Shown here: piece after piece, positions 23,191 to 35,716 of the stretch
How the letters are laid out: each line of letters begins with the position of its first letter
Position numbering within the stretch: the stretch's first letter is position 1
Source: Bigelowiella natans CCMP2755
Lineage: Eukaryota; Protista; Cercozoa
DNA length: 54,848 nucleotides
Direction of reading: 5' to 3'
NCBI GenBank assembly: GCA_000320545.1
Contig: ADNK01000410.1
Location: 1-54,848, forward strand
Made by a program: the position numbers and the translations under genes
The notes under the pieces: generated by a model
Database searches by the model: none
The model's input: the letters and a program-made list of their open reading frames with translations, nothing else
What the model was told of the DNA's origin: nothing

Positions 23191-24287
23191 ATGACGTCCG
23201 GCGAGTGCCAATATGGGTCCTGGAAGTCCCCGATCACCTCGGAGCAGGTTGTCAAGGGTGGTTTGAAGTTATCCAACGCCCATTTAGGAGGGCTTGAAGG
23301 AGAGTGGGTGATGTGGACGGAGGGTAGGCCGAGTGAGAAGGGGCGTGTGGCACTGTGCATGGCTACGGTTCAAGGTGAACCTACCGCGGAGGTTTCTCGC
23401 AAGATAGTTGAGCTATCCGACGTGAAACACAATGTGAGGACGCGGGTCCATGAGTACGGAGGGGCACCCTACGCTGTCGATGGACAACATGTCGTATACT
23501 CGATCAAAGACGGTTCTCTCATCCTCCGCTCTCCTTCTTTAACTGAGAGCAAAGCCCCCACCTTCAGGAAGCTTCTGGATGGTCCCTCAACAAAGCTAAG
23601 GTTTGCTGATGGTGTGCTTGACTATAAGAACAAGCTGTTGTGGGCAGTCTGTGAGGACCATAGGACCGTGTCCAGCCCAAGCGACGTTAAGAACACCATC
23701 GCAATGATAGATTTTTCAAAACAAGAAGCCAGCATCGAACACGTTGCAGAGGGAAAAGACTTCTACTTAGCACCTAGGCTAAGTCCAGACCAAAAGCACC
23801 TCGCATTTGTGGCCTATGACCACCCTAATATGCCCTGGGATGCGACCTCTCTCTACCTTCGGGACAACCAGACTGGTGTGCACATACGAGAGTACACATT
23901 CACTCGCTCACACTTTATTTAATGATTCACTTGCGTGTTTACTACATTGAAGGCAAGGTTCAGGAGATAGTCGCTGGACACAGTATCGTACAACCCAGAT
24001 TCTCTCCAAACGGAACCCTGTGTGACCTTAACAAACGCTTTTCTTTCTTCACATCCAACACTGCAACGCACACAAGTATGCATCGCACGCAACACCCACA
24101 ATACACATACGCATGCGCACACAACACGTACATAGATGTATGAACACATGTTTGGATGCACAAGCACACAACACACACACACACACACACAAACCTATAC
24201 CGCACGTACTTGCTCTCAGCTATTGGATAGATGATTCTTCTGGCTGGTGGAATCTTTACTCGTAACACCCCCCACTCCCCCCCCCCC

Positions 24288-24368
<81 letters not shown>

Positions 24369-25069
24369 GAGGAGGAAGGGGGAGATTGAAGCCCATTGTG
24401 TGGGGTAATGTGGTTTAACTGACAATACAGGTACTCAGATGACAAGTTATCTTGTCCTATTTGGCCACAGGAGAAGGAATTCGGTGGACCTCATTGGACT
24501 TTCGGCCAGAAAACGTACATGCACAATGCATGCTGCCTGTTTCCATCCTCCCTCCTCCCCCTTCCACCTTCCTCATAAGAATCTTCGCCGACGTATGCAG
24601 ATACGACTTCGTCGATGACAAAACGCTCGTGATAGCAAACGGAAAGGAACTCGGAACGTTCGATATCGAAGCAAAGACGTTTAGCCCTTTCGTCACGCCA
24701 TTCACATCCTTTTCCAAGGTCAGGCATGCAAAGCAACATATAGAAACACACACACACACACACACACACACGCACGCACGCACGCACGCAAAAAGCATAA
24801 TTTGTGCAGGTTAGCTATGCGAACGGGTTGGTATGCTTCATCGGAGCTGCTTTCGATTTTCCACCGACCATAGCCACGTATTCTCTGTTGTCCCAAAAGA
24901 AGTGTGAATCTATTCGATGCTCAATCTCTACTGACCTGTCCAAGTTTCAAGGCTACTTGTCAATACCAGAGACCATCAAATACCCCACCGCAAACAACCG
25001 TTATGCCTTTGCTAACTACTATCCTCCCACAAACAAGGTGGCCCTAACGCACTGCGATCCAACGCTATT

Positions 25070-25104
<35 letters not shown>

Positions 25105-25358
25105 CAACAACAACGACAACAACGACGACGACGACGACGACCGAAAATCTCATCCGATTTTGTTAGGACTACGACGGCAAGAAGGACGCCTGCATTGGCT
25201 TGGCGAAGCCCCCATTGCTTGTCAAAATACATGGAGGTCCCACCAGTTGTGCAAGATCACAGCTTCAGTTTGGAATCCAGTAATTACATATTCGCACCCG
25301 CACGCGTGGGTGCGCAATACTATATTATAAATATAATTTAAACATTTCATTACATCCA

Positions 25359-25394
<36 letters not shown>

Positions 25395-25435
25395 AACTCA
25401 CTCACTTAGTCGCACACGTACACAACGGTACACCT

Positions 25436-25475
<40 letters not shown>

Positions 25476-26126
25476 ACTTGTGTGCATTTGTCTTTTAAGA
25501 TATTGGACGTCTCGAGGGTTTGCAGTGGCTGACGTAAACTATGGAGGTTCCACGGGATTCGGAACGGAGTACCGCAACCGCCTTCGATCGAGTGATTACA
25601 AGTCCCCTGGCTCTTGGGGTATCGTCGATGTTCAGGACTGCTGTGCTATGGCGGAGTACCTCGTCAAGGAAGGAAAGGTTCGTTCGAATAAGCAGGAGGA
25701 AAACTGCTACATAAGCTCACAAACAAGAACGCGACGTACAAACGCACGCACACGCACGCACACACACACACACACACACGCACAAACACGAATACTAGGT
25801 GCATCCTAAGCGACTAGCAATAACCGGAGGTTCTGCAGGCGGCTACACTACGTTAGCTTGTTTATGTTTTCGCGACGTGTTTACAGTTGGAGCCTCATAC
25901 TACGGCGTGGGAGACCTGGAGGCTCTTGCCAGAGATACCCATAAATTTGAAAGCAGGTCACACTTCGACTTTCCTATTCTTATAGCGCTCATGTGATAAA
26001 AGGAGTATGGTAAAGGTACTTAGATGGGCTGATAGGCCGATATCCTCAAGACAAAGCGGTTTATGTAGAACGATCTCCTCTGCACTCGGTGGACAGCCTG
26101 AATGTGCCGATGATTCTCTTTCAGGT

Positions 26127-26161
<35 letters not shown>

Positions 26162-26182
26162 TTAGCTGGGTCTTATTTTTTT

Positions 26183-26227
<45 letters not shown>

Positions 26228-26243
26228 GCGCGGCGCGCGCGCG

Positions 26244-26280
<37 letters not shown>

Positions 26281-26664
26281 GCGTGCATCCCTGATAGGGG
26301 CTTGAAGATAAGGTCGTCCCTCCCAAGCAAGCCGAAAGCATGTACGATGCCGTCAAGCGAAAGGGCCTGCCTGTAGCACTGGTAGAGTTTGAGGGTGAGG
26401 GGCATGGATTCCGAATTGCAAAAAATATCAGGTGCGTGCTGAAGAATGTGTTCTGTTGTGCTCATAGTTGGTTGTAGTCAGCTTGTATGGGCCCTTTATA
26501 GTTGTGATAACAACCGCTGTATAAATATATGTAGAACTGCTCTCGACGGTGAATATACATTCTACTGCACTGTGTTTGGGATCAAATGTGCGAACGAAGA
26601 GAAGGTAGTTCAACCCCGTATTTTATCCCCGGTTTATGGTACTAATACCAAAAGATTAATTTGA
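23191..26664 (+). CDS. S9-family (prolyl oligopeptidase clan) dipeptidyl/acylaminoacyl peptidase
   Basis: N-terminal YGSWKSPIT; RTRVHEYGG; HPNMPWD; IHGGPT; [11 protein letters not shown]; catalytic triad contexts GGSAGG, EDKVVP and EGHGF. Confidence 0.93.
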
Positions 26665-26899
26665 AAACAATACGCAAGCAAGTGCAATAATGATATCGGT
26701 ACGCACCGGTGTTAATATTGCATATTATTATTGTTCAGATCACTTACACCATCGCAAACTACAAGCCTGCAAACACCTTGAGACCTTATTTCAGCTTGGC
26801 CCTCGCAGCGAAATGTGTGGTTGGCATAGCTGCTGCCGCCATTTTGTCTTCCACGTTTCTTCGAACGCGAAATAATAATAAGTAACGGGGAAGAGTAAT

Positions 26900-27300
26900 A
26901 TACAACGGCTGTATGCAACAACTAGACAAGCAGCATGGCATATACGCGCTAGTACATGTCACATCGTGATCAAATGAAAGGGATGTTAGTCGCGGTGAGC
27001 ACTTCACATCTGTCCTCCCATAGCAATAGCTAAGTACGATGACTATATACCTATAGCTAGATAGCTATCCGTATTAACGCCGCAATTGCTAGCAAATACA
27101 ATGTCACGCATGCTGTCAGCAGCAACAAGCGTATCCAAGCATGCGCACTGCGCTTATTGCATGGTTATACATTATGCAAGTGACGCACAACATGATGAAA
27201 TCAATCTGAGTACCAGAGCACATTATTGTTCATGCAAAAGAACGTATAGCATGCGGTTCAAGCGCACGTGCATCGTAGTTGTACACACGTTGAGGTCAAT
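26900..27300. other. Palindromic-word-rich spacer T4 between convergent genes
   Basis: CTAG, TAGCTAGATAGCTA, GCATGC and GCACGTGC enrichment. Confidence 0.7.
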
Positions 27301-27378
27301 CGTAGAATTTTAGCCGCTCCTTCTTCCGCGTGAGTGAACTCACTCATATGAGACCACGAATCAATTGCTCAAACTGTT

Positions 27379-28110
27379 TCAAATTTCCCTTGATTTCGAG
27401 AGGATACGATACCCGCATGGTGGCTCGCTAGGATCGCAAAGTTGGGGGTCGGTTTCATCAACTTTCAAATACAAGAAGATACTGTAAGTCGTTGCACGCT
27501 ATGATTCATAACTTTGGTACATAATATACGGTTGAACACGCACAAAAATTACTCAACACAGGCAGCACCCATACAACACTCAAATATCTTACTATTTGAA
27601 GGTTTCATGATTTCACTAGAGATGCACATACCTCATTATTACTATCTTTGTCCCTCCCCCCTCCCACGCCCCTCCCACACACCTCCCCACTAATCCAACA
27701 CAAAACCCATCGTCATACATTATATATGTATATGAAACAACCGTTGAACTTCAATTTTTCCTGGAAAAACTTGATCGACGGCTCATTCGATGAAAAGGCT
27801 ACAAGAAAACAGCACCGTGTCAGCAAAGAGAGAACATCCATCAAAGGGTTATCAATGGAATGGAAAGCATCCAGGCATAGGAAGTGTGTTGTGTGTCTTT
27901 CTTCGAGTGTGTTATGTTTGCTAAATACCAGTAAGAATGATTTTTTTCATTTTGAGTTTCCATGCAGCCAGCTCTGATATTGTCATTAGAAACCTAGCAA
28001 ATGGTAGTAGTACTCTGTGTTCGAAAGGCAGTCTGAAAGCACTTGGATGCTACACAAAATGCACACACACACACACACACACACACATCACACATCACAC
28101 CACACCACAC

Positions 28111-28158
<48 letters not shown>

Positions 28159-28398
28159 AGACCTATATATTTGTATGCATGGAACGCATGTGATTTAATC
28201 GAGTAATCTGTTTACATACAGGTCGATTGCAAGAGAATATCCATTATCATCATCATCATCCGCCAATGAATGATCGTTGTTACTCACTTTCCAAGTCCTT
28301 TGCGCCGAGCCTGTTTTTCAAGATGAATCTCCCACTGTGCAACAAGTTTATGGACGAAACGTGATGGTCATGACGTTATGAAGCTATAATGTGAGTGA

Positions 28399-28436
<38 letters not shown>

Positions 28437-28536
28437 ACGCGCGGGCTGGAAGCTCAGAAAGAAGAAAACTTTTGTGCACAGGTAGAGTATGTTGTTATGA
28501 AGACGTGGTCGGTAAGTATAAAATACAATATATGCG

Positions 28537-28581
<45 letters not shown>

Positions 28582-28584
28582 TAT

Positions 28585-28621
<37 letters not shown>

Positions 28622-28678
28622 AGTATACATTCCTAAACATTACTTAACAACCAATTTACATATGCATATATGTGAATG

Positions 28679-28720
<42 letters not shown>

Positions 28721-29018
28721 AAACCAGGTAGAGAACTGGGATGAATTCTCCCATTCCGTTGTCGTCCATGAGACTTCGCCACATTACATACCCAACTGGC
28801 TGCTGTCTGCTTGATAAAACAGCACATTGAATTACACATTGAAACTCATTGTAACAGAGGGAAGTGTTAGGTACGATTCACATGGCGCTTCTTCTCGACG
28901 CATTGGCACCGTTTTTTGAGCATTACTTATTCTCATACCAATATTTCTAATTGAAAGTTTCTTGAATAGTCTTCTTTTATTCACACGCACTAGTAAGGAA
29001 AAGCCTCGCAACACAACA

Positions 29019-29079
<61 letters not shown>

Positions 29080-29348
29080 GCACGCACACACACATACACA
29101 AATACAAATGGATGAGGATTACTTTGTAGGTGCTTTTTTTTCGTTGTTTGGATCTTGTTTGACATTTTCTTGTTTGGTTTCCTCAACCTGCCAAAGTGTA
29201 CATAAACTCACGACAACGCTCTCTAGTTACCAGCCCCTCGCTCTTTTCTATCAACCCCGCCCCCCTTTTCTCTTTCACACACACACACACACACACATGC
29301 ACGCACGCACGCACGCACGTATAATATATTTTCATATGTATATGTGAG

Positions 29349-29384
<36 letters not shown>

Positions 29385-30150
29385 AGTTGGTGTGTGTGTC
29401 AAAATGCTTGATGGGTTTGCTCGATCTGTTTTGACCTCCTCCTCGTAGGCGATAATGTAGCGGCAATCTTCGTGTTCAAGCTCCTATACATATAACATGC
29501 GTCTGTGCCTCTTTCATGTTGGTGCATGCCTCTCACACGTTTGATTTACTCTCTAGAAATACACAAACCAAATTTGAATATTCTCATTTTCCCCCCCTCA
29601 CCCCAACACGCAGCATACTTTCTTTTTTGCTTTCTCGTCCCACCCAATGCTTTCACATCCTTCGTAACTAAGAGATTAGAAAAGGATACGACACGAGAGA
29701 ATACGCATGATGAAGATGATACTGGAATCAGAGAGAAGAACTAATTTAATTTACTGTGTCTTCATGTTCTTTTCAAGTAGCTCGAATACCCAACTCTTTT
29801 CATCCTTCGTTAACTCCTAAGTAAAAGACAGATAGCACATGCAACGAAACTATTCAATCTACTGAGCATCTGGCGAGTGCTTGAACAGTGAGAGGCGAAT
29901 GTAATGATGTAACATCACTCGTGAGACTACAACATCCAACTCATCATTCATCCATTTATCCTTGTAAATCTCACGGCGGATAGTTAAATACATTTGATAA
30001 AATGTCGGAAAAAAATCTGCATGACCTCATAGCGCTTGAAACTGCAGCTGATGTTCATTTTACGATATTTCTTAAAAGCCTTTGGTAGTAGGGACAGGCG
30101 TAAGTAAACACTCAGACGCGCGCGCGCGCATGCAAACGCATCTAGGCATA

Positions 30151-30227
<77 letters not shown>

Positions 30228-30477
30228 TTATATTTAATGCACTGCACTTCGAACGTCTATTCAAGTTCGTATTAAATACCGTGAGGATGGAGAATATGTC
30301 ATCAATCGAATTGGCGTCACTGACAAGGGCCTTTCCTTTCATCTCTCGATCCATTCTCTGAAATTATAGCGTTAAATTTAACGGGAAGTTGATAGTGGAC
30401 ATAAAATTTGCGACCTCTAGTCTTTCTTTCTTCTTCCTCTTCGCTTTGTCGTTTCCTCGTTTCTTTTTGGATGGCAT
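27379..30477 (-). CDS. NAA40: N-alpha-acetyltransferase 40 (NatD, histone H4/H2A N-terminal acetyltransferase)
   Basis: Spliced: MPSKKKRGNDKAKRKKKERLERMD...VSDANSIDDI...AFKKY...WVFELLEKNMK...GWDEKAKKKELEHEDCRYIIA...PVGYVMWR...VLYLWEIHLEKQARRKGLGKFLM...MKKIILT...DETDP...CGYRILSK*. This is colinear with the NAA40 GNAT domain. Confidence 0.9.
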
Positions 30478-30995
30478 CTTCGCTAGCTTGCTTGCTGGGC
30501 AGAAGAAAGTTTCTCGGTTCGTGCTCTAAAACCTGGAGGAACCCAAAAACGCACCAACAAGGATATAAATCCCCTATTCCCTTCAAACTAACTTCCGACA
30601 TATAGATTAGTCAAGAAACAAATGGGGGAAGGGAGAGGTGATACAATCGCCGATGGAGAATGCCCGCCTCGACCGATGAGAATCGCTTCCCGCTAAATTT
30701 CGCCTTTCGCTGTTCTGCCACGAATATCTTGTCGTAAGATATTTTCGGCCTACAAAATAAATATGTACTTCAAGCGGTAGCCAAGCACAGCTTCCGACAT
30801 TTTAGCATCCCACTATTCGATGCAACCAAATCACGATCCTAGTCAGATAGCCATATATTTTTCAATATACGACTTCGTTTGTACATGGACGCTCTACAGA
30901 ATGGGCCTAATTTTCGTTGTCTTTCGAGCTCCAGTTTGGTTCGAAATGGTCTCAAAAGTTGAAGAAAACTCGAAAAGAGGGGTTGTTATCGAGCA

Positions 30996-33260
30996 ATGTC
31001 TCGTTCCGTGCTCCATGAGCATTCTCTTCTACGTGTTCCTTACGAGAGCGTGCATATGGTCAGACCAAACAAGTCATTTAACATGCATCAAAATGTAGTG
31101 TTCGGTGGGGCTTCGAATGACGGATGAATTGAACTCACATGAACCTTTTTAAGGTGACAAGGAACACCCAGAAAATTGTGGCAAAGGAGGTACCCGTTGT
31201 TGAACTCGAACGTAGAGTGTACAAATAACCTTCAATTGTTTATGATAGATAACAGATGTTGTAAGCGAGGTGAAGAAGCTCTCAAAGACTGCCAAAGTAC
31301 CACGATTCAATTCTCCGTACTTCACTTTATCATCGCTGCTGTTCGATATTAGGAGGGTGATAAGTCATCTGATCTATCGGAATTAATTAACGCAACGAAG
31401 TCGATGAAATTTATTGTCAAAAAACTCCGAGGGTTGAAGCGTAAGGTGTCAAAAAACTACAAGACATATACGGATCATGTCATAATATAGTTTTATTGGC
31501 GAGTAGATGGAGGACGGACAGAAAACTGCATTAAAATACGTTAATCGATGCAAGGTATGAGGCAAAGAAGGATGTGGTTAATAGATAGAGAGAGAAAAGG
31601 TAAAAGTAAGAAAAAGGAGGTGTGGGGTAGATTGGCAGTAAAAGAATTGTAATATTGGGAACAACGCTTTCGGTGGAAATTTTTAGTCACTTGCTTCTTT
31701 TCTTTTATTTTACTCTCCCCCATCCCGCCCTCCTCCTTCTCCAACTCCTTCTCCTTCTCTCTCTCACTCTTTCTCTTTATCTCCGTTATTCAACCTTAAA
31801 TCAAATTAGGCCAGGATCGAGCATTTAAAGCAGGTCTCCAAATGTGCACGTGTACGGAATTTGGCTGAAAGTGGGAAGTTTTCAAACGGGGGGCGAGCAA
31901 AAACTGATAGCTCCTGCAGTAAATCCGCATCTTCTTCGGATTCTGTTCTGCTGCTTGCTAAGGTAGATTGTCTATCCCTTCGAGCGTAAGCAGAGCGGAG
32001 GTAGTATCCAGGCTTTTGATCATCACCTTCCTTCCACCACTTCTATTCTCCAGGACAATAAAGTCACGGTGAAATCTTTGGATGCAATGATCGTTGGTAC
32101 TTAATTGAAGCTTGATGAATATTGCGTCGTCGTTTGATCTATCGTATTCTTCACTACTTGCAAGTTTACCCTTTGTATTCTAGGGCACTTAATGCGGGAA
32201 GGGTGCATGAAATCGGCTGCAAAAATTACGAGAGATGCAAAAATCACGGTGTCTCTTTTCGACAGATATATCATTTTATCGAAAATAGAATTAATAACAG
32301 TAAATTTGCGGGATCCGCCACACCTGTTGGCTACCCGTTGTTTCATAACCATGTTCTACTGCTTATTTATTAGGATCTCGTCGATTCTGAGGTATTCCAA
32401 TCGGCTCAGAAGGTCGTCACAAAAATCATAACGATTCGATGTATCACAATGCACTGGATGTGTGTGGATTAACGTTGGGCTGGACTATCATCAATTATTC
32501 ATTCCTATTACTCATTGACGAAGGAATGTACTGAAAAACAGCTCATTCTACTACCACTACTACTACGACGACGACTACGACTACAACGACAACTACAGCA
32601 ACTGCTGTCACTGTTATCATCTCTCACTGCTTACAGGTCATATATGGATTTCGCAATCGCGATTGCAAACCGGCGTTATCTTGGTGTGGAGCCAATAGGT
32701 TGTTACTACATATATCGTAAAAGAAAGCCTACGTCTGCTGCTGAAAGGTAATGTAATGATTGAGTTTACAATCTGATGGCAGATCTCGTCTTCGCCGTTC
32801 ACGATGTATCAATCTGGAAACGGAGCTGAGAGTACAGGTAGTGCTACTACAATAGTAATGGAGGAGGAACTCATCACACAGACAAAATATACTATGGGAA
32901 ATCTTGTCACGTTAACTTCTATATCTACCAGCAATTTATCGAAATGCTTAAGGAGAACAAGGTCAGTTTCTAGTTGAGCAGAAGACGAAGTTCTCACATT
33001 ATTTCACGATTGTTCGGGGTGCTTAAAGTGTAGATAATGAGAATTAAAAGGCGAAACAATGTGGTGTCATGATAATAAAAATAAGGCAAAGGATGCTCTG
33101 CAGCATGCGCGGAAACATTTTAAGAGCTCACTTGACAGTCATCTTAAGGTTCGCTTCTAATGTTACCACGCTCTATGTGTATGTGCATGCGAATGGCATG
33201 AGGGCTGATACTATAGTATACATACGTTGCGACCGGTTGATTAAAATACAAACATATATT

Positions 33261-33305
<45 letters not shown>

Positions 33306-33519
33306 TTTTTTAATATGTATGCGTGTTGATTTACAGACCATATTACACGCAATGGGAGCAATTGCATTCTTGCCTATCTCGAAGGGTTCTTTACCTAAAA
33401 GGTGAACAGTAATGGATAAGACAAGGATCAAATACGCATAGTGATGTGTTGTATGTTTAATTCAGATACGGATATTTATTCGAAGAAGCAAAATGGTCTG
33501 ACGCGTTAAGATTGAGACC

Positions 33520-33552
<33 letters not shown>

Positions 33553-34463
33553 GTTAATTCTCCCACCACCATCACCTACCGACCTGACAGCTGGCTTGTG
33601 TTGGTGACAAAAAGGTCGAACCTCGAACAAATGTTCAGGAGTGTGCTCTTCAAGATCAACGGGTTATCATCATAATCATCATCATCAAGACGTACTAACA
33701 CTCGAAGTAAAATGACATGATTGACCATCTGTGTGCAATGATTGCCTGGTAGGCTTTCTCCGCAGTCAACATTATCACTGCGTTTGCAAGCGGGTCTCGA
33801 GGCCTTGAAAACCCCGTAATTTGCCGTATACACAATACACGTCGCTGTCTTCAATGAAACCCACAATCACGTTAACCCATATATGATATACTAGACCTTA
33901 AAGTCGAAGATTGATACATGTTGTTTGTGGTTTGTTTTTGTGATGATTGATACCCCTCTCTTCAGCCATTGTGTGGATGTAAAATCGGAAAGGTATTATG
34001 GGTATTATTCCACCAGTTGCTCGTTTGTTTGGGAGGGATATGGGTTATTATGTGTGACGCGTATCTCTTCAATCTGGCAGATATCATCCTACGATACAAT
34101 ACAACTGTCACACAAGATAATAGCTCATAAATACTCTCATAGAATTGCCTGCTAATGCAATAATTCCCGCGCAGGGAGATGAAAGTGGACGTATCAGCGA
34201 TGGCAGCAGCAGCGACAATGGATTCTATGTCCTCGCTTTATTCAACGACAACCAGATGTAATACAGATCATTTGAAAGTAGCGGCAGTGCAAACTGCACT
34301 TGCATCAGGGCTACGATCATCTGAGTGTCCTGTTTGTGCGAAGGTTCGGATACAAATCCATCACGCATAAAATTTGCTCATTTTGAAACACAGCACGCAC
34401 TACACCCCTGACAATTAATTATTTTATAGAAATATGCGGACACGAGACTGTGCGTGCGTGCGT

Positions 34464-34505
<42 letters not shown>

Positions 34506-34992
34506 CCCGTCACATAGGGCATGTACAAGCTTGCGGAAAATCTCTCAACATCTCACCGAACTCAATCGTAATAGTAACATCGGAATGGACAACATTATTA
34601 TAATAATCGTCTCAAACTTCACAGCATGTTTAAAGACGGTTATAATCGGTATTTCATACTACAAATAGATGCATCGTGTGCCGAATGTGCGGAGAAGTCA
34701 TGGATGAAAATAACCCCCCCTTGGCCCTGCCAAACGGAAATGTGTACAGTCATAAGGTTGCATCTCTGCGTATCATTCGCAATTCAAACATGGACGGCAC
34801 TTAGACACACAATATTCACCACTCTTAGGCCTTGACAAGAAATATAAAGCAGAATAATGGGAAGGTTGTATATTTAGTACTACTTCACGAATGTGCGTGG
34901 TTTGAAATATATCATTTGTGCTTCAGATTTTGGATCCAAGTACAGGGGAAATTTTTAGTTTCTCTGATACAAAACCGGTATTTATATTGTGA
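30996..34992 (+). CDS. MAEA: CTLH/GID E3 ligase subunit MAEA (GID9/EMP)
   Basis: N-terminal EHSLLRVPYE...QKIVAKE; LisH HLMREG; CTLH ALSWCGANRSRLRR...LRVQQFIEML; LQAGLEALKTP; CPVC; degenerate RING CRMCGEVMDENNPPLALPNGNVYS; C-terminal PVFIL*. Confidence 0.9.
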
Positions 34993-35049
34993 TCCACGCA
35001 TACAGACTTAGATGCAGATGCGGATAAGCTCCGCTGGCGCTTATTACGA

Positions 35050-35650
35050 TATTACGTGTACGCCACGTGCTTGCTCACCTAATAATAGATGGCTCTGCAC
35101 CGTGATCATCATAATTAAAATCGATCAATTTTAATTTGCGCAACCATGCAATTCATCGTGATGTTCGTAAGTATAGCGCCCGATGGTTCAGAATCGCGCG
35201 GACTAACCTAGTAACAGTACCATGTGCTACAGCTGCATTTTAGCTCCCAGCGTCACAGAGTCAGTCCAGCAGCATTGACGTTGCTAGATTGGGTACATGA
35301 CGATGTGTCACATGCGCGCGCAGTGGAATATAGAATAATCATTGCTACACTACTTTAGTACTAATCTAGTACTTATTACGCATGCTATAGCTGACACACG
35401 TCCATCCCGCTGCACACTCTAGACATCTATAGAGACAGTTCACGTATGCGTACGTTTAGTAGATGCACGTGTACAAAGTCGTGTAGAAGTCGAAAGATCG
35501 AGGCAGCACAGTACAGTTAGACGTGTAATGTGTGCCGTTGCATGCCGTCATGCGCGACAACTGCATACAACGGCTTCGCGCGCTAACTAACTAAGTACGT
35601 AGCCGCGCCCGGCATGACGCACAGGACAAATAAAACGAGGTCGAGCTCTA
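35050..35650. other. Palindromic-word-rich spacer T5 between convergent genes
   Basis: Dense GTAC, CATG, CTAG, GCGCGC and TACGTA; near-perfect 24-bp palindrome at 35113-35136. Confidence 0.7.
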
Positions 35651-35716
35651 CTGCTAAATAATGATTTTGCATTACTTTTATTCATCTTCAACATCATTTT
35701 GCATCGTTTTTTTCAT

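Noticed and set aside
23191-26664. Horizontal transfer of a bacterial-like S9 peptidase
   Set aside because: This subfamily also occurs in diverse eukaryotes and the gene has many spliceosomal introns. No support without a phylogeny.
30750-30768. Apparent 19-nt minus-strand intron GTACATATTTATTTTGTAG, like nucleomorph mini-introns
   Set aside because: NAA40 homology places the start at 30477, so this lies upstream of the CDS. The same acceptor also fits an ordinary 49-nt intron.
31050-31153. Possible GT-AC non-canonical intron in MAEA (PYES|LFKVTR)
   Set aside because: A canonical GT-AG intron (31059-31153) gives PYESVHM|VTRNTQK with identical spacing.
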